This document shows positions 1 to 10,429 of a stretch of DNA of 20,000 bases, in pieces. A program made the translations under genes and the position numbers. The notes under the pieces are model-generated. The model did not search any database. It saw only the letters and a list, made by a program, of their open reading frames with translations, and was not told the origin of the DNA. Location of the stretch: the NCBI GenBank assembly GCA_013239625.1, contig MU053934.1:2217183-2237182 (forward strand). Direction: 5' to 3'. How positions within the stretch are numbered: position 1 is the first letter of the stretch; each line of letters begins with the position of its first letter. Origin of the DNA: Lama guanicoe. Lineage: Eukaryota.

Positions 1-389
1 CCACCTGTGACCCCGTGGTTCACTCTAAAGCCATCACCACAGTCCATCAGATTGAACTGCATCTCCCTTTGTATAAATGACAAATCTGAGATCCAGGACA
101 TAAGCCCAGAGTCCTACAGTTGAGCCAGGATAGAGCCAGGACCCAGCTCAACTCCATCCAATTCCACCCTGGCCTCTCCACCCTAGGGGCCCAGGGTCCT
201 GCAGTGTCTGCACAATTGCTAAGATGGGGATACCAGGGCTCCAGTCAGAAAGAACCCCCAGGACACAAACTGACGCTGTCAGCAGTTTTCTGACTCATCC
301 CAAAGGAAGTCCTGCTCGGTTCTCATCTCCAGGAACAAGATCCTTGGCCCCGATCTCTTCCCAAAAAGCTTTTTCAAAGTTAACATGGA

Positions 390-515
390 TGGAGCACCTA
401 CTACAAGTCAGCCATTATACTAAGCCCTTGGCGTGTATTATCTCAGTTTCCTCACAATAAAATTGAACAATAAGAAACCAAGGCAGAGAGTAATTAAGTA
501 ACTTGTCCAAGGTCA
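390..515 (-). mobile_element. MIR SINE fragment
   Basis: gagcacctacta...tattatctcag...cctcacaa...gaaaccaaggcagagag...taagtaacttgtccaaggtca resembles the reverse complement of the MIR core. Confidence 0.7.
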
Positions 516-852
516 ATAACCTGCCCCTTCCTTGCAGTTTCATCTCTTCTCAACCTGAGGCCGTTCACCGCCAGCAAATGACATGGAGGAAAAATTCCTC
601 ATGGATTATTGAGAAGAAAATCCTCGATCAGGACTTCAGTCGTGTAGGAGTTCCTCGCTGTTCAATATGTTCCAGAGGCACTCAATGACAGTCTCAAAAA
701 ACCACTCCTTATCTAGATGGAAAGAAAAAAGAATAAAATTAGCCAAAATTGAATTGCAACACGATTTGTCTTCAGCACAAAGTGGTCACAGTTCATCTTC
801 CTGAGCACTGTTCCCCTGGGTACTGTTGATGGAGTCACCCGGTGCTTTGGGC

Positions 853-1110
853 AGGACTGGGCCCTCCGCAAATTCATATGTGCAAACCCTGACCCCGCAC
901 GTGACTGAATTTAAAATTAGGACATTTCAGGAAATAATTATGGTTAAATGAGGTCTTAAGTGTGGGGCCCTAAGCCAGTAAGGCGGTGTCCTTATTAGAA
1001 AAGGAAGTGGTGCCAGTCCAGCTCTCTCTCCACACTGAGAAAGGGCTGTGTGAGAACAAGACCAGAAGGCAGCAGGCACTGACACCCAGGACAAGAGGCC
1101 TCACCAGGAC
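853..1110 (+). mobile_element. MaLR LTR fragment (MLT1A/MLT1B-like)
   Basis: aaattcatatgtg..aaccctgacccc..gtgactg..ggttaaatgaggtc..ggggccctaa..ggtgtccttattagaaaagg..tgtgagaacaag..agaaggcagc..gaggcctcaccagg follows the MLT1 consensus order. Confidence 0.8.
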
Positions 1111-2016
1111 GCAATCCTACCTGCTCTTGCTAGTGAGCGCAGTAGTGTATACAGAAGTAGAAATAGAAGGATCTGCGCCCGAAACTTACTTAAACCGATG
1201 TTACTTTAATTTTTAAAAGTCTCAGAATCCACAGCTTTGAGTAAAAGTACCAGGTGAGAGACTCCTCCCGCGAGTCACAGATGCCAGACCAGGCGGGGAG
1301 GGGCTTCCTCAGGGGCATGAGGGGCGGGACCTCAGCTCTGAGCCTGTGGTCCATCCCTGTCACCTCTCTCTCCCCCAGGCTGCTCCCAGGGGCACAGCTC
1401 CCACTGGCTCCACTGAGCCCAGCTGGCCCGTTTATACACAGGAGACCGTCTTGTTTCTGAGGAGAGCTGATCCTCAGGGCTCCCGCAGCCCGGCCTCCCT
1501 CACGGGCCCCAGAGCCGGCTGGGGGGCCCCTGGCTTCTACTCTGCGCCCCCTCCCTTATGTTTCCACTGGGCCACTTTGCTCTCCTGGGCAGCCTCTGGG
1601 ACAGAGTGATTTAGTTGCTTAGCAGTGCAGTGATGGGGGCAAAGCGGTCCTGAGAAAACAGGAGTCAAGGAAACACAGTGATGATTTCGGTGCATGGAGG
1701 GTTGCTCAGTTCTTTCTCTTTCCTGCGTCACTAAGGGTGAAAGGAAACCAGGGCTTCCGTGGGGGGAGCTCCCAGCACTGAATCTGTGTGTTGACTGATT
1801 GGGGTGAGGCGGGTGGGGAAATGCCTGAGCGCCTGGGTGTCTGCAGGGGGATCTGAGGGCAAAGGAATCACTACCTGCCTGAGGCAGTCCCGCCTGGTTA
1901 ACAGGTGCCCTGAGGGAACCTTCGGGGTGGGAGGTGAGAATTCTGGGGTGCAGGTAGGTTCCACCCACGACAAACAGGGACAGCAACAACACTCAGGAGG
2001 ACCTGCTCCGGGGCAG

Positions 2017-2160
2017 GCACTGGACCAGCCACAGACCTACGTTATATTTGATCCTCAGAACAACATGAGGGAATATCATTCCCATTTTACAGGGGATGTC
2101 AGGGAAGGCGCACCAGGTCACACAGGTGGCAGGTGGCAAAGGCCAGACTGGGGTTCCATT
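2017..2160 (-). mobile_element. MIR SINE fragment
   Basis: atttgatcctcagaacaac..gagggaatatcattcccattttacaggg...ccaggtcacacaggtggcaggtggcaaag. Confidence 0.65.
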
Positions 2161-3334
2161 CAAGGGTCCACTGACCCTGGCAGAGTGGTGGGGCTGGCAG
2201 CAGAGCTGGAGGAAAGGGATTTGATTGGTAACTGCCCAGGGTTTGGGAACCCAGGACAAAAGGAGAGGGCGGAGAAGCCTCCAGGGTTGCTGGTCTACCT
2301 CCTCTCTCTGCACCTGCCTGGCTTCAGGATGCCCCACGCTACTCACACTTCCTTCCCAGGGCTTCCCCTGTCCCACTCATAGTATCTGCTGTGTGGTGGG
2401 GAAGAGAGGGAGCCAGCATCTTAGCTGAGGCCCCCTGAGGAGAAGGCCCAGAAAGAGGCTTTGAGGAAAGATCCCTTTGGTGTGAGGGATAGGGCTTCAA
2501 GGATGCTTGTGAACCCCTTCTTGGGTCTTGATTCCTCTGTAGGTTAACTCAGCCTGGAGACACCACCCTCATTCTAGGGCACAAGGAGGAAGCAGCCAGA
2601 GAAGGGGCAGCTGAGTACCTAGGCAGTAAAGGAGGCCTACTGATGTCATGGTGCCAGCAGCGGGGTGTCAGCGCCGTCACTTCAGCTCACCAATCTGCAT
2701 CAGGCTCGAAGGAGGTGTGGCTTCACCCTTGGGCAAGAGAAGACAGATTGTGGACTGGAACATGAGTGAGCCCTGGCAACAGGGAGCAGCGAAGGGACAG
2801 GTCTCTGTCTATTCCCCCATGATGGCCACCAGCGCCACAGTGGACTCAACCCAACGTCTTTCTCTGTCTACTGGGCTGTGCTGGTGGCTCTTCAGGGAAA
2901 GTTCCTCACATCATGCAGCTTCCTCCCAGCCAAGTCAGAGTCCTGTTGTCATGCTGTCGTGTTGGGGCCCAAGGAGAGGTTATTCAGACAATAGATGAGA
3001 ACCTGGGAAGTTGCAGAAGCAATAAATCCAAACACAGAAGAAAAGATAGGAAGGGAATACTCTGTAAATTACGTGAGGGTGGGAGCAGCTGTGGTAACTA
3101 CTTGGTAATAGTTAATACTGCTCCAGGGTCTATGACGTGCAGAACTGCAGAAACTCACCTAAACTGAGCTTAGCCCAAGTTTTCCCACTGATGCTGCAGC
3201 CCGAACTTGAACCCAAGGCTTTCTGACCCAGATCCCCCAGTTATGATGACTGTGCTCTACTCCCTTTAATGACCGATAACATTTATTCATGGATATATGC
3301 TTATTGGTAAATGACTCTTCTTATTCTTAAACTG

Positions 3335-3870
3335 TCTTTTTTATATGAACTTACTTTACTAGGATATAAATTACCTGCAGCAAAGGGCACAAGTCTTCAG
3401 GGTACACCTGGATTAGATTTACCTATGTTAATTCTGTAACCAGCAGCCACATCAAGAAATCAAACATCCCAGCAGCTCCTCCAAATTCTCCTGTTCCTTC
3501 TTCCCAGGCAGTATTGTGCCACCCAAAGGTAATCGCAATGCTCACTTCTACCACACTGCATTAACTTGCCTGTTTTTAACTTTTATAGAAATGGGGTCAC
3601 ACAGTGTACACTCTTCTCCGAGGTATTCTATTTGATGAATTCACTACCTTTTATTGATCTGTTCCCTGAATAGATATCTGAGGTGCTTCAGTTTGGGGGC
3701 TATTATAAATAAAGCTGCCATGGAAATGCTGGTGCAGATCTTTTGTGTGGACTTGTGCACTGTTTCTGCTGGATATTTCCCCAGATGTGGACCTGCTAGC
3801 TCCCAAGGTACCTACAACACTGGGGCACACACTGGTAGACAGTTTTCCAAAGCGGTTGTACTTACTGCTT
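3335..3870 (-). mobile_element. Ancient L1 (L1ME/MD-like) 3' end
   Basis: T-rich start, then gcacaagtcttcagggtaca, cttgcctgttttaacttttatagaaatggggtcacacagtgt and tttgggggctattataaataaagctgc: typical antisense L1M 3' UTR. Confidence 0.8.
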
Positions 3871-4090
3871 TCTGCATCTCTGAGCTATTCCCACAGTTAC
3901 GCTGGGTGTTAGTTTTCATGTGTCTGTATCCCAGTTCCCCTGGAGCTCCTTGAGCAGAGGTTCGTATGTGATCAATACATAGATTCGACTTATAATTAAA
4001 TATTTATAGTACTTATGAGAAAAAATTGAAATGCATTCATACAGCATGGTGGGGGAGAGGGGGTTAGGAATCTTATTTTTACAACTTGCT

Positions 4091-4204
4091 TTCGTTTAAT
4101 TGATGTATAGTTGATTTACAATGTTAGTTTCAGGAGTACAGAAAAGCGACTCTGTTGTACATACACATACATAGATGTCCATATTTTCAGATTCTTTTCC
4201 ATTG
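4091..4204 (-). mobile_element. L1 3' terminus (artiodactyl/laurasiatherian type), non-inverted part of a twin-primed insertion
   Basis: taattgatgtatagttgatttacaatgttagtttcagg..tacag..ttttcagattcttttccatt is the antisense L1 3' end. Confidence 0.85.
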
Positions 4205-4834
4205 TGAGACAGTAGAGAAGGGGTCAGCGCACAGCCACTCAAGGAATGACAGCAACAAAAATTGTGGAAGATTCACCTTCTACTTGGCCTTGAGGATTAA
4301 GTGGTTTAACTTCTAGCTGACCTTGATCTTCTTTATGTGCTCATTGTAACAGCCTAGTCAAATAACATGCACGCAAGTGCCATGAGAGCCCCAAGGCTAA
4401 CCGCAAAAGGCCAAAGAATGGGCGGTGGCCCAGCCCCTGGGAATCCCAGCCTCTTCCCCAGGGCAGTTGGATTGATCCCACCTGTAGGCATGGGAAGCTA
4501 CTGAGATCATAAAAAGTGACAACACCACGCCTACTGGCCCTCCGTGCTCTCTCTCCCCTTTGGAGACAGCCCGCACTCTGTCTATGGAGTGTGTGCCTAC
4601 TTTTTTTTAACCTGATTACCCGATTCATACATCTCTTTCCTTTCCTTTCTCTTGCCTTGCACACCATGCAGTACATAGCTCTCTAAATAAATCTACCTTT
4701 ATGAGCGTTGGCTCCCACTTGAATACTTTCCTGTGCGAAGCCAAGGACCCACACTTGGCGGAACACGTCCCAGGGGCTCAATGGTGACCTGGGACTCGGC
4801 CCTCCTCACGTCCCACATCTGATTTTCTGCATCA
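4205..4834 (+). mobile_element. Solo ERV1 LTR (MER41-like)
   Basis: TG...CA ends; 4-bp TSD attg/atta; cataaaaa TATA-like box at ~4508; aataaa at ~4687; ctctgtctatggagt and gaatactttcctgtgcgaagccaaggaccc resemble MER41-class LTRs. Confidence 0.8.
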
Positions 4835-4840
4835 ATTATA

Positions 4841-4970
4841 CCTTTGGAGTTTGGGATTAATAGAAACACATTACTAAGTATATAATTGATAAACAACAAG
4901 GACCTCTTCTACAGCAGAGGGAACTGTATTCAGTTTTTTGTAAGAAGCTATAATTGAAAAGAATCCAAAA
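4841..4970 (+). mobile_element. Inverted 5' segment of the same L1 insertion
   Basis: ggagtttgggatta...gataaacaacaaggacct..tacagcagagggaactgtattca...tataattgaaaagaatc is sense L1 3' UTR lying just upstream (in the consensus) of the 4091-4204 piece. Confidence 0.8.
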
Positions 4971-5204
4971 TTATGTCTTGCTCACTGTGCTGAAGTTTCC
5001 GCCTGGATAAATTTCTTGGTGCTACAGTTTTCCAAACCCATGCCCTACTTCCTTTGCAAGGTCCTTCATATCGCAAGGACCTGGGGTCCCACCGGACCAG
5101 GTGCAATCCCTGCGGCCTCGCCCTGGGCTGCTCAGAGCCACTGAGGGTGCCCGGTGCTATCAGTTGTCCTCCCCTAACTGTGGAGCTTCGGCTTCTAATT
5201 CTTT

Positions 5205-5420
5205 AGGGAAATAATAGTGCAAAGGACAGTCTTCTTGTATAAACTTTGCCTGCATTTGAGATTATTTCTTTAAGCTATTTCTAGAAATAGAATGACTGGG
5301 TCAGAGGGTTGCACATCTAAAGATTTTTCATTTTGAGGCACTTATGCAAAAAAATTGTGCCAATTTTTATTCACATTCAAAATATAGGATATTGTCCATC
5401 CTGTGTCTTGCCAGTCCATT
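5205..5420 (-). mobile_element. Ancient L1 (L1ME-like) fragment
   Basis: gattatttctttaag..tttctagaaatagaatgactgggtcagaggg..tgtgccaattt resembles antisense L1M. Confidence 0.6.
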
Positions 5421-6587
5421 ATTTTTTTTAAGGCAGATCTTTACATAAGACAGAAGTCTTTTTTTCTGTTTGTGGCTGTCTTGCCATGGGAGGTGAGGAA
5501 AGAAAGCAAATGTTGGTGACATTTTGGCAATTTTTAAGATGGCAAAAGGGCAGTTCTCAACTACCCCTCCTGGGCCCTGACTGAAATGAGGGTAAAGGTC
5601 CTGACAGGTGTAATGAGAGCCCAGGATAAGGCTGGCTGTGTTTGTGGTCTTTGCTCTGCACCGCTCCCTCCCCTGGAAGGCCTCCCCCTCCTCACCACCT
5701 GACAGGTTACCTGTCCTGGAGGCCCCGCCCCCAGGCCCCGCCCCTGCTGCTGCCCCAGGGGCTCTCCCTGCTCCCCTTGCAGGTTGGGCTTTCCTAGTTG
5801 TGCTTCTGTTTGTGTTGAGTTTCTCCACTGCACCTCCTGCTCCAGGGCCTCAGGGGCACCTTCTGGGGCGCAGCCAGGCTAAAATATGGGTGGTGGGACC
5901 CAGCACTTAGACAGGAAGCAACCAGCTCCTCCATGCAATAGCACAACCCCTGTCTCACGTGCGGTCAAGTAATTTCCTGTGTTTTTCTTGTGTGTCTTGA
6001 TGGAAAGCTGTTTCTGGCAAAGAACAGATAAGAGTGGCACAGATGTCACACAAGCTGCCTCACAGAATAGACTTTTGGGAGCTCTATCACACTTCTGAGT
6101 GTTTGCATTTGCAGGCATCGCCCACTTTCCAAAAGATTACTCAACTTTGTAAGACCTAAATGCTCTGGGTTCTAAGCCAACTAGGTTTACAAAAGGTTTC
6201 CCACTTCAGTCTGTCCAATTTCACGTAGAAAGCAGCACCTGTATTTCCTCATGTCTCCTTACTCCTGCCACGATATTTTTATAGGAGGAGAAAGAAGAAT
6301 AGAGAACTGTGGAAAAAAGATGGGTTCCAGCTTAAGTCTCAGTAATGCCCAAGCCTTGAGAAGGGCATTCCCAAACCTGTGCTCTGCCAGGGTGGCCAGA
6401 CCTGGTCTGGGTGTCCAACCAGGATACCTCCATCCCCTTAACACCGGGTCCCCTAACTTATACTAGGGACTTTGTGGGGAGGAGAGAGGGGTCACTTCCT
6501 GTCTGCACTTCAGGCCCCGTTGAAGGCACAAAAAAGGGTGTGTTGCTTTGTGACTGTGGTAGTTTCCTGTTAAATATACCCTGCTTG

Positions 6588-6670
6588 AAGGAGAGAAAGA
6601 AGAGGACGCTAGAGAAAGGGAGGAGGGGGAGGGGGAGGGAGCAGGGGGAGGGAGGAGGAGGAGCAAGAAG
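6588..6670 (+). repeat. GA-rich low-complexity tract
   Basis: near-pure purine run (gggaggagggggagggggagggagcaggggg...). Confidence 0.8.
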
Positions 6671-6699
6671 CAGCAAAATGCTTCTAAGCAATCAACAGT

Positions 6700-7060
6700 C
6701 AGTCCTAAAGGGATCTAAATGTAAACAGGAAAGAAAAAACTAGCAACATACTGGAAGAAATATCAAAAATAACATTACTTTAAAACAATTAAGAAATAAC
6801 TAAATAATAATAATAATAACATTCCTTTGAGAAAATCTTTCTACTCAAGAGACAAATACCAGAACCCATAGAAGAAAGTCCAAGCTATTTGACATTAAAA
6901 ATGAAAAATTGCAAACGATGCCATGAACCGGGTCTGAATATGATGCGAGACCAGGAGGTACTGTGCACAATACTTGCAGTGGGTGGAGGGAAAGCTCCAC
7001 ACCGCACGGAGAGCCAGTAAATCCACATGAAAGACTGAAACCAATATTTAAAATATGGGG
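6700..7060 (+). mobile_element. Degenerate L1 ORF2 3' region fragment
   Basis: A-rich; gatctaaatgtaaa, ctggaagaaatat, aaaatctttcta, tatttgacattaaaaatgaaaaatt and aaaatatggg in L1 consensus order. Confidence 0.6.
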
Positions 7061-8117
7061 ACCTTTGAGAAAGTGGAGGAAATTGTTGGGCTTCACCATT
7101 CTGTTTCTGCCCTGCAGAAAATAGACTTTGTCCGTTGAGGATACGCTTGCGTCGCTCTTACGTACAAGTGTGCCGGCTACCAGAAATCCCGTTGCACCGG
7201 CATGACTTTATATTGACTGTGGGTTGCAGAACTTAATTAAATATCCTTATGAGCCGTGGCCTGGTTATCATAAGTGGCCCCTGATAAGCATGCAGATTGG
7301 AGCCCAGAGGTCCACGGACTGGATAAACAGTCTCACAGTCGCACATGTGGATGGCCCCTAGACTCAAACTGAGGTGAGCTTTAAGCAGGTCTTCACTCAG
7401 AGACATGAGGAGAGATCGCCCCCTTTGGAGACCCCAAAGATCTAATGCTTATAATATCAGATTCAGCTTACCCCCAGAATCACAAGAGATGTCACCCAGG
7501 ACCGCTACAGCTCCAGTGTCAGGGCCAAGTCCAAAATCTTTGGTCCACAGTGATTTAAGCCACTGTGAAGGCAATGCCAACTCACTGGGATAATTACCTG
7601 AAAATTGCTCAGGAAAGTGTGTGGCACATGCCACCAGCATCACCTGGTGGGGACTGGAAGTGTTAGGAGGAAGAGGCACAGGGCCACCGCCCCCACTGAC
7701 CCCTGCCTCACCCCGTCTCTCCATCACGTGGGGAGGTGTGTGTGGCTCCGACGTCCTGGACATTAGGAGTTGTGTGTTCCAGAACAGGGACCCACCTCCA
7801 CCTGCCTGTTGTCCCTTTGTAGAAGGACAGTGGGAGTTGGTAGGAAGCTTCCAACTGAGCATGTGACAATGGGGACTTTAGAGATCACCCATTAGCTAGC
7901 AGAGACAGGGACTTCAGGCAGCAGAGCACAGGAAATTGCCCTCCACGCTGACCTCACTGGTGACCTCACGGGAACGGGTTTCGGCCCCTCGTTGCCAGGC
8001 TGCCAGCATCACTCACTGGACAGTCCTATTGGTCTCTTGTCAGGGGGGAAAATCGGGCCCTGAGTGAGTCATCTGTTGCAACCACAGGAAGGTTCAGAGG
8101 TAAGGCTAAAAATACAA

Positions 8118-8402
8118 NNNNNNNNNNNNNNNNNNNNNNNNNNNNNNNNNNNNNNNNNNNNNNNNNNNNNNNNNNNNNNNNNNNNNNNNNNNNNNNNNNN
8201 NNNNNNNNNNNNNNNNNNNNNNNNNNNNNNNNNNNNNNNNNNNNNNNNNNNNNNNNNNNNNNNNNNNNNNNNNNNNNNNNNNNNNNNNNNNNNNNNNNNN
8301 NNNNNNNNNNNNNNNNNNNNNNNNNNNNNNNNNNNNNNNNNNNNNNNNNNNNNNNNNNNNNNNNNNNNNNNNNNNNNNNNNNNNNNNNNNNNNNNNNNNN
8401 NN
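8118..8402. other. Assembly gap (285 N)
   Basis: run of N. Confidence 1.
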
Positions 8403-8559
8403 CCACACCAGCTCTCCGGGACGTATGCAGGGGCGGCCACCAACCTGTATCCTCCTGGCAGTTAGGACACTGAAGAGTTCCTCGTCTGATGTCCCAGTTG
8501 TGCCTAAACACGGCCTTAAAAATAACAGCATCCAGTCTCTGGCTCAAACATTATGACAG

Positions 8560-9320
8560 TGACTCAAACAATTCAATACAGAACTTCCATATGATCCAGC
8601 AATTCCACTTCTGGGTTTAGACTCTGGAGATATGAAAGCAGAGCCTTTTTTTTCTTTTTAAGAGGCATTTTCTGTTTTGGTTAGGAGGTAATTAGGTTTA
8701 TTTATTCACTTAATGGGGGCAGATAGGACTGAACCCAGGACCTCACCCATGCCACGCACGCACTCCCCCACTGAGCTGTACCCTCCCCACTGAAACCAGA
8801 GTCTTCAACAGACACTTGTAACTAGTGTTCCTGGCAGCATAATTCACAAAGGCCAAAAGTTAGAAGCAACCCAAATTTCTATCAATGGATGAAGAAGAAA
8901 AAAATGTGGTCTATACATACAGTGGAATATGATTCACATGAAAAATAAAGGGAATGCGGACATGCGGTACAACGTGGGGGAAAATGAAGAACATTACGCT
9001 CAGTGCAAGGAAACAGCCACTAAGGGACAAAGACCATATTATTCTCCACGTATGAGGCACCCAGGTTAAACCAATTCCTAGAGACTAAAGGTAGGGGAAA
9101 AAAAGTAAAATGGGAGTTCCCAGGGACTGTGAGAGGGGGGAGGAGCAGTGTTTTGGGGACAAAGTCTCGATTTTACAAGATGAAAGAGCCGTGGAGCTAT
9201 GGATGGCGGTGACGGTGGCACAACCTTCTGAATGTATTTACCCCGCAGCTGCACACTTTGAAACTGCTAAGGTGGTAAATGAGAGGTCACGCATATCTTA
9301 CTTCATGAACCACGGAATTT
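8560..9320 (+). mobile_element. L1MB-like 3' end (ORF2 tail and 3' UTR), interrupted by a SINE
   Basis: ccatatgatccagcaattccacttctggg, gcagcataattcacaaaggccaaaag..gaagcaacccaaat, aaaatgtggtctatacatacagtggaatat, ggatggcggtgacggtggcacaac. Confidence 0.9.
8648..8790 (-). mobile_element. tRNA-derived SINE (camelid Vic-1-like)
   Basis: Minus strand ggggagggtacagctcagtgg (A box)...gaggtcctgggttcagtcc (B box)...aataaataaacctaattacctcc plus A tail; TSD tgaaagcagagcctt (8633-8647) / tgaaaccagagtctt (8791-8805). Confidence 0.9.
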
Positions 9321-9340
9321 GGAAAAAGAAGCCAGTCATA

Positions 9341-9461
9341 GCTCACGGTGAAAAAGAATGCGACAATGACTATATGTACATTCATGTATAACTGAAAAAT
9401 TGTCCGTTACACTAGGAACTGACCCAACATTGTAAACTCACTATAACTCAACAACAACAAC
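9341..9461 (+). mobile_element. 5'-truncated younger L1 3' terminus (~120 bp)
   Basis: gaaaaagaat..tatatgtacattcatgtataactgaaaaattgt..caacattgtaaact.actataactcaa plus (caa)n tail; TSD gaaaaagaagccagtcata (9322-9340) / gaaaaagaagccgctcata (9462-9480). Confidence 0.9.
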
Positions 9462-9770
9462 GAAAAAGAAGCCGCTCATACACGGACAAACACGGATTCC
9501 TCTCAAACGCGGTCCATACGGTACCAGGTTCCTGAGGCCAGGGAGGGCAGTGGTGCTTCCCAGGGATGGAGGGCAGAGGGATGTGGAGTTAGTGTTTCAT
9601 GAGGATTGAGTTTCAGGTTTGGGAGATGTAAACATTCTGTGACTGCATGGTGCTGCTGGGCTCCCAAGAATGTGAACGCCCTTAATGTCACTGAACTGGA
9701 CACTTAAAAAAGGTGAAATGTGAAATTTTGTTTGGTATATTTTACCACAACTACATTTGTAAAACAAAAA
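9462..9770 (+). mobile_element. Second L1MB-like 3' UTR
   Basis: gagtttcaggtttgggagatg..aatgtgaacgcccttaatgtcactgaactggacacttaaaaaaggt..aattttg..tatattttaccacaa. Confidence 0.85.
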
Positions 9771-9824
9771 TCCTTAACCCAGCCTTTGGGGAAAACCACA
9801 ACAGCACCTGAACCCTTTACCATC

Positions 9825-9965
9825 TGAAAGCATCTTCACACCCAGGACCGCATTTGCTGCAGCGGCCCTGAGATGGGAACAGTTACTGTCCTCTGCTTCA
9901 CGAGGGGAGACTCAGATTCAGACCTGCCCCAACCCTGGGAAGCTGGGCTGGGCTCTGATTCTTGT
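9825..9965 (-). mobile_element. MIR fragment (weak)
   Basis: gcggccctgagatggg..gttactgtcctctgcttcacgaggggagactcag..cctgcccc. Confidence 0.45.
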
Positions 9966-9973
9966 TCTGCTCT

Positions 9974-10429
9974 GTTGTGTGGACTTTGCCATTTCTCCAG
10001 AGGGAGAGAAATCCTGAAACCCTAGAGTATTCCCTAAATCCTCTCTGAAACCTAGTTATTAAAGAAAAGGGCGCACTGAGCAGAAGCATGAATGTCCATG
10101 TTAAAGATTAAACGTCCCCCGCCCTGGGACGCCCGTGCTGGTCCTCCCTGGGTGATGGGCCGCCCTTCCCAGGTGCCAAGGCCACACTGACTCGCTGTGG
10201 ACGGGCTGCTCTGATGTGTTCTGTGAAACCTTGAAGGAACGCTTCCCTGAGTTGGTTGATATTCTTTGTTCGGACAAGACATAAAACTGTACTGAAAACC
10301 ATGCTTCTCCAGAGCGCTTGCTCAGAGCTCCCTGAGAGGCTGCCTTCTGTGGTGTAGTTCTCAGTTTGGCTTAAAGAAAATTCTTTTGTGTTCCTATTTT
10401 ATGTCACTTAATGATTATTTTCATTGACA
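9974..10429 (+). mobile_element. Solo ERV1 LTR (MER34/MER39-like), 5' boundary uncertain
   Basis: cataaaactgtactgaaaaccatgcttctccagagc..ctcagagctccctgagaggctg..gtagttctcagtttggct..aaaattc..gattattttcattgaCA resembles the R/U5 of this LTR class; no TSD found. Confidence 0.7.

Noticed and set aside
1804..2382. 192-aa ORF (+) and overlapping minus-strand ORFs
   Set aside because: Runs through a MIR, with no recognisable protein or exon structure
7118..7240. CpG-enriched stretch after an acceptor-like ctgccctgcag
   Set aside because: All three frames close early or give no recognisable peptide, and no paired donor was found in frame
8026..8547. ORFs spanning the N run
   Set aside because: Artefacts of the assembly gap
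8716..8790. tRNA gene
   Set aside because: A/B boxes belong to a SINE head with an A tail and TSDs
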